A stretch of DNA of 64,000 nt from an uncultured Bacteroidota bacterium (GTDB lineage: Bacteria > Bacteroidota > Bacteroidia > Bacteroidales > SZUA-534): positions 30,668 to 94,667 of the forward strand of contig CAMHPA010000002.1 in NCBI GenBank assembly GCA_946186925.1, read 5' to 3'. How positions within the stretch are numbered: the stretch's first letter is position 1; each line of letters starts with the position of its first letter. Positions 43,478 through 53,344 of this stretch are shown here, piece by piece. A program made the position numbers and the translations under genes. The notes beneath the pieces are model-generated. The model was not told the DNA's origin, did no database searches, and was given only the letters and a program-made list of their open reading frames with translations.

Positions 43478-43747
43478 ATGGAAGGTCAGAATCAGACAGA
43501 AGGCGCGAAGAATCCGAAGATGGCGGTGGTTACGCCTAAAAACCAAATCGATTTTTTCATGAACAGCTATGCCGTTTACAAAAAGAGCGGCGTGGTCGTG
43601 ATAGAGGTTTTCTTCCAAACGCCTAAAGGCAATGTGGCGCGCTTTTTCGAACTTACCGCAGAAGAGATTGAAGCTGACGAATTTCGCACTTTGGCCAACG
43701 CTATCCGCAAGAATCCAGACCAGTACAGCCAGCGCGAATTACTATAG
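43478..43747 (+). CDS. Small hypothetical protein
   Basis: 89-aa ORF in an otherwise empty gap, with no recognised motif. Confidence 0.45.
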   Translation: MEGQNQTEGAKNPKMAVVTPKNQIDFFMNSYAVYKKSGVVVIEVFFQTPKGNVARFFELTAEEIEADEFRTLANAIRKNPDQYSQRELL

Positions 43748-43833
43748 AGAATAGTTGGCGCAGTTTAAAGTGCGGAATCAGCTCTAGTTTTATAACGAGC
43801 TTAATATCAAGCAACTACCAAAGTTCGAATACG

Positions 43834-45459
43834 TTGTCATCCGATTTGTTTCACGTTTTTTCAGAAATGCCGGACAATACCCCGTTGCCCGAGTTGTTCA
43901 CTTGCCCGTTCTGCTACACGCCGCATCCGCTTGCAGTGAGGGCGGCCGGTGAGGTTCAGCGCCACATCGAAACCATCAGCGAATGGGCCGACGAGCTTGC
44001 GCAAGGAAAGATGTTCGGTGTTCTGGTGGCAACCGATGATCGGGGCCGGCTGGGTTTTCTGGCGGCTTTTTCGGGCAATATAGCTGGCAGAAGCGTCCAC
44101 AACTGGTTTGTACCGCCCATTTTCGACATTACTCTACCCGACGGCCGTTTTAAAACAGAGGAACGTGCTATTTCCGCCATCAATAGCCAAATTGACAACC
44201 TCACCAACAGCGAGCATTACAGACTAACATTGAGCCAGCTTGCCGACATGAAGCGGCAGTCCGAAGCTGAGATAAGCCAGACTAAAGCTGCTGCCAGGCA
44301 GCATAAAGCCGAGCGTGCAACGTTACGCCTTCAGCCGCTCACCACTGATCAAGCCCTTGAGCTTGAGCGGCAGAGTCAGTTCGAAAAGGCCGAGCTGAAG
44401 CGCCTTGAACGTCGTTGGGAGGCCAAAATCGCCGCCTGCGAGGCCAAAGCCACAAATACTACACTGCAAATTGAGCAATTGAAGGAGCAGCGGCGGCAGC
44501 GGTCGGAATCGTTGCAGCGTTGGCTGTTTGAGCAATATTTGGTGCGGAATGCGCTAGGTGAGAGTCGCACCATCGGCCGCATCTTTGCAGCTGAGCGTGG
44601 AACAATGCCACCGGCGGCCACCGGCGAGTGCGCCGCACCAAAACTATTGCAATATGCTTTCAATCACGGATTTGCACCAGTGGCGATGGCGGAGTTCTGG
44701 TGGGGAGGTTCGCCAATAGGCGAGGTGAGGCGCCACGGACAATTCTACCCAGCCTGCCATAGCAAGTGTGAGCCGTTGCTCAACTTTATGCTGCAAGGCA
44801 TGGCTGTTGAGCCAAACCGCCTTAAAAAGCAGGAGTATACAACTCTGCGCATCTTATACAACGATAAGTGGCTGGCGGCAGTCGAAAAGCCGTCGGGTCT
44901 GCCGACTGTGCCAGGCAAGGAACATCAAGTGTCAGCTTACTCTATTGTCAGGCAGATGTTCCCTGATGCCTCCGGACCGCTTGTGGCGCACCGTCTCGAC
45001 ATGGATACATCGGGAATACTGCTCATTGCGAAATCGAAGGAAGTGTTTGTCAGTCTTCAGAGACAGTTTGTGGCGCATAAAGTTACGAAGCGGTATGTGG
45101 CCCTACTCGACGGCATTGTCGCTTGCGATAGCGGAATTATCAGCCTTCCCTTGTGTCCAAATCTTGATGACAGACCGCGGCAAATGGTTGATTTTGAACA
45201 TGGGAAAGAAGCTGTTACGATGTTTACAGTCATCGGACGGCGTGGCGGGCAAACGCTTGTCGATTTTCGTCCCGAGACTGGCCGGACACACCAGCTGCGT
45301 GTCCATGCCGCGCACCAGTCGGGGTTGAATTGTCCAATTGTCGGCGATAATCTTTATGGTCGCCCGGCTGAGCGGCTTATGCTGCACGCAACTGAAATAA
45401 AGTTCATGCATCCACAATCGGGCCAAATGATTACAATCGTGTCGGAAGTGCCGTTTTGA
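43834..45459 (+). CDS. RluA family pseudouridine synthase with a ~335-aa N-terminal extension
   Basis: 541 aa. The RluA core starts near LRILYNDKWLAAVEKPSGLPTVPG, with the catalytic HRLDMDTSGILLIAKS and later GRTHQLRVH. The start is TTG 43834, or ATG 43867. Confidence 0.85.
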   Translation: MSSDLFHVFSEMPDNTPLPELFTCPFCYTPHPLAVRAAGEVQRHIETISEWADELAQGKMFGVLVATDDRGRLGFLAAFSGNIAGRSVHNWFVPPIFDITLPDGRFKTEERAISAINSQIDNLTNSEHYRLTLSQLADMKRQSEAEISQTKAAARQHKAERATLRLQPLTTDQALELERQSQFEKAELKRLERRWEAKIAACEAKATNTTLQIEQLKEQRRQRSESLQRWLFEQYLVRNALGESRTIGRIFAAERGTMPPAATGECAAPKLLQYAFNHGFAPVAMAEFWWGGSPIGEVRRHGQFYPACHSKCEPLLNFMLQGMAVEPNRLKKQEYTTLRILYNDKWLAAVEKPSGLPTVPGKEHQVSAYSIVRQMFPDASGPLVAHRLDMDTSGILLIAKSKEVFVSLQRQFVAHKVTKRYVALLDGIVACDSGIISLPLCPNLDDRPRQMVDFEHGKEAVTMFTVIGRRGGQTLVDFRPETGRTHQLRVHAAHQSGLNCPIVGDNLYGRPAERLMLHATEIKFMHPQSGQMITIVSEVPF

Positions 45460-45703
45460 GGCATACTGCTTATCCAGTGTGATATGCGGTTTATCAGACA
45501 TGTGCGACCGGATACGATTGTCGTACAAAACATGGCTATTCGCACATGGGTGTCGACCATCATTCCGGCATCATCGAGCAACTTGTTTGCCTAGCAATAA
45601 ACGGTGTGAGGTATACCCAAAACCTAAATATTTATACCTAAAAATCATGCATCCTACATTCTAAAACTCATTACTTTTGCTTATCAGTTCACATTGGAAT
45701 AGA

Positions 45704-47002
45704 ATGATTGTAAAAGATTCACAGATTCAGTTTAAATCGCCTGCCGAGATAAAGGCTTTTCAAGAAGCGCGGCTGGCCGAAGCGCTGGCCTACCTGCAGG
45801 CGCACTCAAAATTTTACCAGCGTATGTTTGCCGATAACCATATCGACATCAGCAAGATACGCACCATTGAAGATTTGCGGCAGATTCCTGTCACCACCAA
45901 AACCGACCTTCAGATGCACAACGATGAGTTCCTGTGCGTCGACAAGGCTGATGTCATCGACTACGTAACCACATCGGGCACAATGGGCAATCCCGTAACG
46001 TTCGCCTTGACAAATAACGACCTTGACCGTTTGGCTTATAACGAGTATCTGTCGTTCACCACGGCCGGGCTCACCCGCAACGACATTATGCAGGAAATGG
46101 TCACCATCGACCGCCGTTTTATGGCTGGTCTGGCTTACTTCCTTGGCTGCCGCGAAGTGGGGATGGGCGTCTCGCGTGTGGGCAACGGAATCCCCGAACT
46201 GCAGTGGGACACCATCAACCGCATCCACCCAACGTGCTGTATGTGCGTGCCGTCGTTTCTTATCAAGTTGGCCGATTTTGCCGAGAAGAACGGCATCGAC
46301 CATCATAAATCGAGCCTGAAAAAGTGCATCTGCATTGGAGAAGCACTCTACAAACCCGACGGAACCTACACCACGCTCGGCCAGCGCATCAACGAAAAGT
46401 GGCCCGAACTGAAACTGCACACCACCTACGCCAGTACCGAGATGCAGTCGTCGTTCACCGATTGCGACCAGTACAACGGCGGACACGTGCAGCCAGAGCT
46501 CATCATTGTTGAGTTCCTCGACGAGAACAACCAGCCCGTGGCCGACGACGAGCCAGGCGAAGTCACCATCACATCGCTCGGCGTTGAAGGTATGCCGCTG
46601 CTACGATTCAAGACTGGCGATGTGTGCTACCACTACAACGAGCCTTGTAAGTGTGGTCGCAACACAATGCGCCTCAGTTCGGTAATCGGGCGCAAGGGAC
46701 AGATGATAAAATACAAAGGCACAACACTTTATCCGCCCGCACTGTTCGACATTCTTGACGGCATCCACGATGTGAAGAACTACGTGGTTGAAGTGTTCAC
46801 CAACGAGCTGGGCACCGACGACATCAAGGTGCGCATCGGCTCAACGCGGTCTGACGAAGCCTACGCGAAGGAAATCAAGGACATTTTCCGCTCGAAGGTG
46901 CGAGTGGCGCCGTCCATCAGTTTCGAGTCGCCAGAGTACATCAACAAGCTGCTCTACCCCGAAATGAGCCGCAAACCGGTGAAATTCTACGATTTAAGAT
47001 GA
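45704..47002 (+). CDS. Phenylacetate-CoA ligase family (PaaK / F390 synthetase-like) adenylating enzyme
   Basis: The track start is TTG 45677, and the ATG at 45704 (MIVKDS...) is preferred. Family layout: ...FQEARL...L...HS.FYQ..F, TSGTMGNPVTF, and the C-terminal ...GRKGQMIKYKGTTLYP. Confidence 0.8.
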   Translation: MIVKDSQIQFKSPAEIKAFQEARLAEALAYLQAHSKFYQRMFADNHIDISKIRTIEDLRQIPVTTKTDLQMHNDEFLCVDKADVIDYVTTSGTMGNPVTFALTNNDLDRLAYNEYLSFTTAGLTRNDIMQEMVTIDRRFMAGLAYFLGCREVGMGVSRVGNGIPELQWDTINRIHPTCCMCVPSFLIKLADFAEKNGIDHHKSSLKKCICIGEALYKPDGTYTTLGQRINEKWPELKLHTTYASTEMQSSFTDCDQYNGGHVQPELIIVEFLDENNQPVADDEPGEVTITSLGVEGMPLLRFKTGDVCYHYNEPCKCGRNTMRLSSVIGRKGQMIKYKGTTLYPPALFDILDGIHDVKNYVVEVFTNELGTDDIKVRIGSTRSDEAYAKEIKDIFRSKVRVAPSISFESPEYINKLLYPEMSRKPVKFYDLR

Positions 47003-47080
47003 GTTATAAGTAGTAAGTTATAAAAGTTATAAGTTTTTGGATGGAAGATGTCTGTAGTCTGACGTCCGTTGTCTGAAGTC
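47003..47080. repeat. Word-stutter tract (GTTATAAGT words, then TCTGTAGTCTGACG/GTTGTCTGAAGTC words)
   Basis: It begins at the first base after the stop at 47002. It shares a 19-mer with 28981..28999. Its second half is approximately the reverse complement of the words at 60011..60045. Confidence 0.8.
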
Positions 47081-47091
47081 AAAAAAAAGAT

Positions 47092-47688
47092 ATGAAACGA
47101 ATTGTATTATCATTGGCAATGGTGGCCGCATTGGTTCTTTCGGCCGCAGCGCAGAAAAAAACAAGTCCGCTGGCTGGTTTGGGCGGTATGATTTTCTATG
47201 GCATCGATTTCTCGAAAGGCCGTGTTTACGGTGCGGCCGACGAGCCCGAAAAGCTGCGCAAGGCTTTCGGCGACATCAATATGCTTTTCATCACCGAGCC
47301 CGAGAAGTACAACGTGGCCAAATTTGTGGGCAAACCGATGAACGACATCCGCGTTGATGCCGTCACCAATATGAACGACACCATTCCGCTCGATTCCATC
47401 AAAACAATTGTCAAGGGGCACACCATCAGCGATTCGACTATCGCGCAGACAGTCAGAGATTTGTGCATTGTGAGCTACAACCACGGACTGGGTTTGTGTA
47501 TGATTATGCAGACACTCGACAAACCTGGCGAGTTGGGCACATTTGTGTTTGTGCTTTTCGATATCGACTCCCGTAAAGTTATCAGCCATTGGACATTGAG
47601 CGGCACTCCCGCAGGCTTCGGGGTTCGCAACTATTGGGCACACTCGGTTTACGAGGCGCTTGAGAAGGTGAAGACTTACAAGGAGTAA
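47092..47688 (+). CDS. Hypothetical secreted protein
   Basis: 198 aa. Signal peptide MKRIVLSLAMVAALVLSAAAQ. No motif recognised. Confidence 0.6.
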   Translation: MKRIVLSLAMVAALVLSAAAQKKTSPLAGLGGMIFYGIDFSKGRVYGAADEPEKLRKAFGDINMLFITEPEKYNVAKFVGKPMNDIRVDAVTNMNDTIPLDSIKTIVKGHTISDSTIAQTVRDLCIVSYNHGLGLCMIMQTLDKPGELGTFVFVLFDIDSRKVISHWTLSGTPAGFGVRNYWAHSVYEALEKVKTYKE

Positions 47689-47700
47689 ATCGACCTAAAG

Positions 47701-48276
47701 CTAAAACTTATACGTGAACCCCATATTCAGCAGATGGCCGTTGTTTGCCATAAGCTCGAAGCTGGATGTGGTGTGGTCCGTGTCCTTGTTTTTTGTGTGT
47801 GAATAATTAACCCCAAGCACATTTGCAAAAATGTCGAAATCCCAACGGTCGTTTATCTCGATTGTAAGCACGGGCAGCAACTCAAGCTTGACACTTCGCT
47901 CGCTGTCGGCAAAACCGAAGGCCGAAATGGCTTCGGCGCCAAAGATTAATCTGCCAGCCTGAAGAATATCATAATGCAGATAAGGCTCTATTGCATAAGC
48001 CGATTCCGACTCTGTGTTTTTGTGGCCGTCTGTCCAAACCGATGTTTTGCTGCGGTTGTAGCCGAACCCCACACCAACTTCCCAGCTTCCCATCACGTAT
48101 CCAACCGACGGTACAACTTCAAAACTGAATGATGACGATTCCTTGTCGCCATTGTTAGCGCTACTTTCCGATACAATGCCAGCGGTTCCGCTAACCACAA
48201 ACTGCGCGTTAGCTTCCTTTGTCAGCAACATAATGGCTGCGGCAAAAATTGTTGATGCAAAAAACAGGTTCTTCAT
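47701..48276 (-). CDS. Small outer-membrane beta-barrel protein (porin family)
   Basis: 191 aa. It has a signal peptide, alternating strands and a terminal ...MGFTYKF. Confidence 0.65.
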   Translation of the reverse strand: MKNLFFASTIFAAAIMLLTKEANAQFVVSGTAGIVSESSANNGDKESSSFSFEVVPSVGYVMGSWEVGVGFGYNRSKTSVWTDGHKNTESESAYAIEPYLHYDILQAGRLIFGAEAISAFGFADSERSVKLELLPVLTIEINDRWDFDIFANVLGVNYSHTKNKDTDHTTSSFELMANNGHLLNMGFTYKF

Positions 48277-48291
48277 ACTTTATTGTTTAAT

Positions 48292-48400
48292 CGGTGAACT
48301 GTTTAATTGGTGAATCGATTGTTTGACAACGGACGCACGCGGTGCGTCCCTACCAACACCCAACACCTAATACCTATAACCAACCTCCAATACCATTTGC
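48292..48400. repeat. Intergenic element, copy A (CGGTGAACT..GGTGAATCG head, GC hairpin 48331..48349, CCAACA/CACCTAATA tail)
   Basis: The head and tail k-mers are shared, in the same order and orientation, with 59985..60090. The hairpin is ggacgcac-gcg-gtgcgtcc. Confidence 0.65.
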
Positions 48401-48420
48401 AAATATCTAACTTTCAACTC

Positions 48421-49506
48421 CTAATTCCTAACTTCCGCATCCTTCTTTGGGAAAAGCAGCGAGAGCACAATGCTCAGCGTGATGATCCCCAGAATGACAT
48501 AGAGCGAGTGCACCGAGCTGAAGCCAATCTCGTCGAGCCAGTGGTGCAGCAGCAGCTTGGCGCCCACAAAGAGCAGCAGTACGGCAACGCCCTGCTTCAG
48601 ATAGCAGAACTTGTCAACCGCGCCCGAGAGCATAAAGAACAGCGACCGCAGTCCGATGATGGCGAAGATGTTCGAGAAGAACACCACGTAAGGGTCGCAA
48701 GTGACTGAGAATATGGCGGGTATGCTGTCGAAAGCGAAAATCAGGTCGGTGAACTCAATGGTTATCACCACAATTAGCAGCGGCGTGATGAAGAGTTTGT
48801 GCCGATGGTCGCGGATGAAGAAACGGCCGTTCACATAACGCGGATAGACGCTGAAATGCTTCGACAGGAACTTCACCAGCTTATGGTCGCGCGGGTCGGT
48901 ATTGGCGTTGTCGTCTTCCTTCTTGAAGAACATTTTCACGCCCATATAAGCCAGATAAGCGCCGAAAACAAGCAGAATCCAGTTGAACTTCTGAATGAGC
49001 GTCGAGCCCAGGAAGATGAACGAGAACCGCAGGATGATGGCGCCCAGAATGCCCCAGAAAAGCACCGATTTGTAATCTTTCTTGCGCACGCCGAAGCCCG
49101 TGAGCAGCATCAGCATCACAAAAAGGTTGTCGATTGAGAGCGTCTCTTCAATCAGGTATCCCGAAAGGAAATCAATCGACATACTGTGCTGATACTGACT
49201 GATGGCCGACTCAATGGTGAGTCCGTTGGCCATTGCCTGCTCAAGCGGCAGCCCGTCGTACTTGAAACTCAGTCCGTATTTCTGCGTCACGTGCAGCAGC
49301 TCGTCGAACGTGTCGATGCCGTGAACCAGATGGCCGTCGAACCTGAGAAACAGGAAGAATCCGAGCGCCAGCGTCACCCAAACCACAGTCCACACCGATG
49401 CTTCCTTGATGCTGACCACATGGTGCCCCCGTCCGACAAACAGCAGGTCGAACATCAGCACGCCGATTATAAACGCTATGAAAATCAGTAGAAAAATGTT
49501 GTCCAT
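48421..49506 (-). CDS. TerC family integral membrane protein
   Basis: 361 aa, multi-TM, with TerC-type blocks (EETLSIDNLFV...; DLIFAFDSIPA). Confidence 0.85.
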   Translation of the reverse strand: MDNIFLLIFIAFIIGVLMFDLLFVGRGHHVVSIKEASVWTVVWVTLALGFFLFLRFDGHLVHGIDTFDELLHVTQKYGLSFKYDGLPLEQAMANGLTIESAISQYQHSMSIDFLSGYLIEETLSIDNLFVMLMLLTGFGVRKKDYKSVLFWGILGAIILRFSFIFLGSTLIQKFNWILLVFGAYLAYMGVKMFFKKEDDNANTDPRDHKLVKFLSKHFSVYPRYVNGRFFIRDHRHKLFITPLLIVVITIEFTDLIFAFDSIPAIFSVTCDPYVVFFSNIFAIIGLRSLFFMLSGAVDKFCYLKQGVAVLLLFVGAKLLLHHWLDEIGFSSVHSLYVILGIITLSIVLSLLFPKKDAEVRN

Positions 49507-49509
49507 CGG

Positions 49510-50475
49510 TTAGTAGTATTTGTTGGGAATCAGATAGTTCTTAACGTAGTCGGCCACACCGTCTTCGAGCGAGTAGAACGGCCGGTCGTAGCCGATAGAG
49601 CGCAGTTTGCTCATATTGGCTTCGGTAAAATATTGGTACTTGTCGCGGATGTCCATCGGCATATCGATGTACTCGATGTTCGGCTCAAGTCCCATACCGC
49701 GGAAAGTGTTGATTGTCAGGTCGGCGAAGGTGCGGCCCTTGCCCGTGCCCACATTGTAGAGCCCCGAGTCGCGGCGGTGGTGCATCAGAAACATCATCAC
49801 TTCGCAAAGGTCTTTCACATAGACGAAATCGCGCGTCTGTCCGCCGTCGGCATACTGCGGATTGTGCGATTTGAAGAGCTTCATCTTGCCCGTTTCCTGA
49901 ATCTGATGGAAAGCGTGCAGAATGACCGACGCCATTCGGCCCTTGTGGTACTCGTTGGGGCCGTAAACGTTGAAGAATTTCAGACCGGCCCAGAAGAACG
50001 GTTTGCGTTCCTGCTGCAGCGCCCACTTGTCGAAATCGTTCTTCGACTCGCCGTAAAGGTTCATCGGTTTCAGTTTGTAGATGACGTCGTGGTTGTCGTC
50101 GAATCCGTACTCGCCCATTCCGTAAGTGGCTGCTGACGAAGCATATACAAGCGGCAAACCGTACTCAACGCATTTTGTCCAAAGGGTTTTGGTGTAGTTC
50201 AGATTGAGCGTGTCGTAAACTTCCTTCGGGAAGCCCGTTGTGGCCGAGCGCGCGCCAAGGTGGAAGATGAATTCCACAAAGCGGTGGTTGGCGTCGAGCC
50301 AGTCGAAAAACTGCATACGGTCAACTTTCGCAGTGAACCGTTTGCCTTCGAAATTCTTGTTTTTCTGTGCGTTTCCAAAGTCATCGACCAGCACAATGTC
50401 ATTAAAATTGTCGGCGTTGAGGCGGCTCACCACACAACTGCCGATGAAGCCCGCGGCTCCCGTAACTACTATCAT
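49510..50475 (-). CDS. hldD: ADP-glyceromanno-heptose 6-epimerase
   Basis: 321 aa. It is collinear by eye with E. coli HldD: MIVVTGAAGFIGS, YASSAATYG, FFNVYGPNEYHKGRMASV, RDFVYVKD, and YNVGTG.GRTF. Confidence 0.8.
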   Translation of the reverse strand: MIVVTGAAGFIGSCVVSRLNADNFNDIVLVDDFGNAQKNKNFEGKRFTAKVDRMQFFDWLDANHRFVEFIFHLGARSATTGFPKEVYDTLNLNYTKTLWTKCVEYGLPLVYASSAATYGMGEYGFDDNHDVIYKLKPMNLYGESKNDFDKWALQQERKPFFWAGLKFFNVYGPNEYHKGRMASVILHAFHQIQETGKMKLFKSHNPQYADGGQTRDFVYVKDLCEVMMFLMHHRRDSGLYNVGTGKGRTFADLTINTFRGMGLEPNIEYIDMPMDIRDKYQYFTEANMSKLRSIGYDRPFYSLEDGVADYVKNYLIPNKYY

Positions 50476-50594
50476 TTCTGCGTCGTTTTAGAATCGGACT
50501 GCAAGTTTACGAATTTTTTGAGAATGATAATGGTTGAACAATGGAATAGGGGAGAGACGTTGTGGCTCCGTTGTTCAGCAGTGATGTTGTATAA

Positions 50595-51497
50595 TCACTG
50601 ATTGTTTTTGCCTTCGACAGTTTCGCCAATCTCCTCAATGCGCGCCTTCACGTTCTCAATCAGCCACGATGGCGTTGATGTGGCGCCGCTGATGCCTACG
50701 CTACGCACTCCGGCGAACCATTCGGGGCGCAGCTCGTCGATGTTCTCGATGAAGAAAGAGTTGGTGTTCACCTGCTGACACATACCAAAGAGTGCTTTGG
50801 CGTTTGAGCTGTCGTGGCCGCCAACAAAAATCATCAGCTCGTGGCTGGCGGCAAACTGCTTGAGGTGCGGCCCGCGGTTGGCCACCTGGCGGCAGATGGT
50901 GTCGTGCCAGCGGAACCGTGGCACACGCTGCTCCAGAATCTTCACCATCTTCATAAACTGGCCTATGTCTTTGGTTGTCTGCGAGAAAAACTCAACCGGC
51001 CGCGCGGCGTCGATTTTCTCAAGGTCGGCTTCGTTCTCAACCAAAATGGCCTCGCCGTTGGTCTGCCCGATAAGGCCCACCACCTCGGCGTGACCTTTTT
51101 TGCCGAAAATCACCACCTGGCCGTTGCATTTGGTCATTGCCTGGTGCGCCTCCTTGATGCGCTCCTGCAGACGCAGCACCACGGGACACGTGGCGTCGAT
51201 GAGTTTTATGTTGCGGTCTTTGATGTTCGAGTAGCTCGACGGCGGCTCGCCGTGGGCGCGGAAGATGACTTTGGCGTCGTGCAGGCTGGCAAACTGGTCG
51301 TGGTCAATCACCACCAAGCCCATATCGGCCAAACGGTTCACCTCGATAGGATTGTGAACCATCGCGCCCAGGCTGTAGAGCGGCTTGCCGTCGGCCAGCT
51401 CGGCTGTGGCCTTAGTCACGGCGTTTTTCACCCCGAAGCAGAAGCCCGATTCGGGGTCGATGGAAATCTGAAGCGGTTTGCCGTTGCTATTGCTCAT
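50595..51497 (-). CDS. ispH: 4-hydroxy-3-methylbut-2-enyl diphosphate reductase
   Basis: 300 aa. Motifs GFCFGV and ATCPVV, with LytB-family length and order. Confidence 0.9.
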   Translation of the reverse strand: MSNSNGKPLQISIDPESGFCFGVKNAVTKATAELADGKPLYSLGAMVHNPIEVNRLADMGLVVIDHDQFASLHDAKVIFRAHGEPPSSYSNIKDRNIKLIDATCPVVLRLQERIKEAHQAMTKCNGQVVIFGKKGHAEVVGLIGQTNGEAILVENEADLEKIDAARPVEFFSQTTKDIGQFMKMVKILEQRVPRFRWHDTICRQVANRGPHLKQFAASHELMIFVGGHDSSNAKALFGMCQQVNTNSFFIENIDELRPEWFAGVRSVGISGATSTPSWLIENVKARIEEIGETVEGKNNQ

Positions 51498-51521
51498 CGA
51501 CAGTCAATGATGTTGTGATTA

Positions 51522-52232
51522 TCAAGCATTTGCCTCTTTAGCCTCGTCAACCATTTTGAGAATCAGCTCAAACTGCTCGTCGCGCGTCATCTGGCTGTTG
51601 TCAACCACACGGGCGTCGTCGGCCTGGCGCAGAGGCGACACCTCGCGGTGCTGGTCGATGTAGTCGCGCTGGGTTACATTCTCAAGAATCTCATCGAAGG
51701 TAACCTTCTCGCCTTTGGCCGTCAGCTCGTCGAAACGGCGCTGGGCGCGGACTTCGGGCGATGCGGTCATAAAAATCTTGAGGTCGGCGTTAGGGAAGAC
51801 CACGGTGCCAATGTCGCGGCCGTCCATCACAATTCCGCCCTGACGGCCCATATCCTGCTGCAGCTTAACCATTTGGGCGCGCACAAAATCGATGCGGCTC
51901 ACGTAACTCACCTTGTTCGACACCTCGATGCGGCGGATTTCGTCCTCAACCACCTCGCCGTTGAGCAGCGTGGTGTTTTTGCTGGTCTGTGGGTCGTAGA
52001 TAAAGCTGATGCCGATTTTTTCAATATCGCGCCTGAGCGCCGCCTCGTCAACAGTGCCGTCGTCGGCAATCAGGCCGTTGCGCATACAGTAGAGCGTCAC
52101 GGCGCGGTACATTGCGCCCGTATCGACATAAACATAGCCCAGTTTCCGCGCAAGCTCTTTTGCCACTGTGCTCTTGCCGCACGACGAGAATCCGTCGATG
52201 GCGATGGTGAGTTTTTTATCGTTCATTTTCAA
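51522..52232 (-). CDS. cmk: (d)CMP kinase
   Basis: 236 aa. IAIDGFSSCGKSTVAKELARKLGYVYVDTGAMYRA and later MDGRDIGTVVFP. Confidence 0.9.
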   Translation of the reverse strand: MKMNDKKLTIAIDGFSSCGKSTVAKELARKLGYVYVDTGAMYRAVTLYCMRNGLIADDGTVDEAALRRDIEKIGISFIYDPQTSKNTTLLNGEVVEDEIRRIEVSNKVSYVSRIDFVRAQMVKLQQDMGRQGGIVMDGRDIGTVVFPNADLKIFMTASPEVRAQRRFDELTAKGEKVTFDEILENVTQRDYIDQHREVSPLRQADDARVVDNSQMTRDEQFELILKMVDEAKEANA

Positions 52233-53323
52233 TTTTTTACAGATTTTACATCAATGCTGCCGCGCAGGTTCTCCACATAAAGGCTCTGCGTCGGGAAGGC
52301 GAAGTTGAGCCCCTCGGCGTTGAACCGCTCAAGAATGGCAAGATTCACTTCGCTCTGCGTCTCAAAAATATCTTTTCCTTTGATAATGAAATAGATGAAA
52401 CTGATGTTGATTGATGAATCGGCGAAGGTGTTGAAATAGACGACGGGGCTGTTCTCAACGTTGGGGTTCTGGTCGGCAATCTCGCGCAGAATCTCCATCG
52501 CGCGCTTCATCTGGTCGGGCGTGGTGTCGTAGGTGAGGCCCAGTTCGAGCACCACGCGGCGCGACGGCTCGCGCGAAACGTTCTCCACCACGTTGTCGAT
52601 GATGACGGCGCTCGGTATCACCACCTCGGTGCCCTCAAGCGTCGATAGGCGGAAGCTGCGCAGCCCGATGGCCACAATGTAGCCGTCGTAGCCGCTTACG
52701 CGAACGCGGTCGCCAATACGGAACGGCTTGTCGAAGAAGATGGTTATGCCGCCGAAGATGTTGGTCACCGTGTCTTTCGCCGCCAGGGCCAAAGCCAAAC
52801 CGCCGATTCCGAGACCGGCCACCAGCGCCTTCACATCGTAGCCCGAATTGTTGAGCGCAATGACAATGCCGAAGCCCCAGATGATGGTCTGCACCGAACG
52901 TTTGATGGCCGGAATCATCTGCTTGTCGGCGCGTTTGCCGGGCAGCTTGTCCGACACCGACGGCCGCACATATTCGACAATGAGCAGCGCCACAAACCGC
53001 GACAGGAACCACGTCAGGCCGAGAATGAGCAGCATCGCGTAGGCGCGTGACATAAACGACACGGCGCGCACAGGCAGCGTCAGCTCCTGCAGGGCCAGCT
53101 TGATGCCGATGAGCATCACCACGGCGGCCACCGGTCTCTCGATGGCCTCAACAATAATGTCATCGATTTTTGGCGGCGTGCGCTTAACTATCTTCTTGAT
53201 AATATGACGGATAATCCAAAGCAGAATGTGGCTCACCACAAACGCCCCAACCACAAAGGCCACGGCCCAAAACCACTGGCCGATGGTGTTCTTCATAAAC
53301 ATCTGGTCGAAAAAATCTCGCAT
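52229..53323 (-). CDS. Mechanosensitive ion channel family protein (MscS-like)
   Basis: 364 aa. N-terminal TM helices, then NIFGGITIFFDKPFRIGDRV. Its stop overlaps the cmk start by 4 nt. Confidence 0.85.
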   Translation of the reverse strand: MRDFFDQMFMKNTIGQWFWAVAFVVGAFVVSHILLWIIRHIIKKIVKRTPPKIDDIIVEAIERPVAAVVMLIGIKLALQELTLPVRAVSFMSRAYAMLLILGLTWFLSRFVALLIVEYVRPSVSDKLPGKRADKQMIPAIKRSVQTIIWGFGIVIALNNSGYDVKALVAGLGIGGLALALAAKDTVTNIFGGITIFFDKPFRIGDRVRVSGYDGYIVAIGLRSFRLSTLEGTEVVIPSAVIIDNVVENVSREPSRRVVLELGLTYDTTPDQMKRAMEILREIADQNPNVENSPVVYFNTFADSSINISFIYFIIKGKDIFETQSEVNLAILERFNAEGLNFAFPTQSLYVENLRGSIDVKSVKN

Positions 53324-53344
53324 TCCAGTTTAATTTTCAATGTT

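Noticed and set aside
45479-45664. A 61-aa ORF and overlapping minus-strand ORFs (45103..45528 and 45354..45581) in the gap after the RluA gene
   Set aside because: They are short, mutually overlapping and without motifs or promoter boxes. The minus-strand ones are mostly antisense to the RluA catalytic domain.
48277-48420. Possible yybP-ykoY (Mn2+) riboswitch, because TerC/Alx genes are often controlled by one
   Set aside because: This gap is downstream of terC, which is on the minus strand. The true upstream side of terC is only 3 nt from hldD, so there is no room for a leader. The gap instead holds the repeat element and a GC hairpin.
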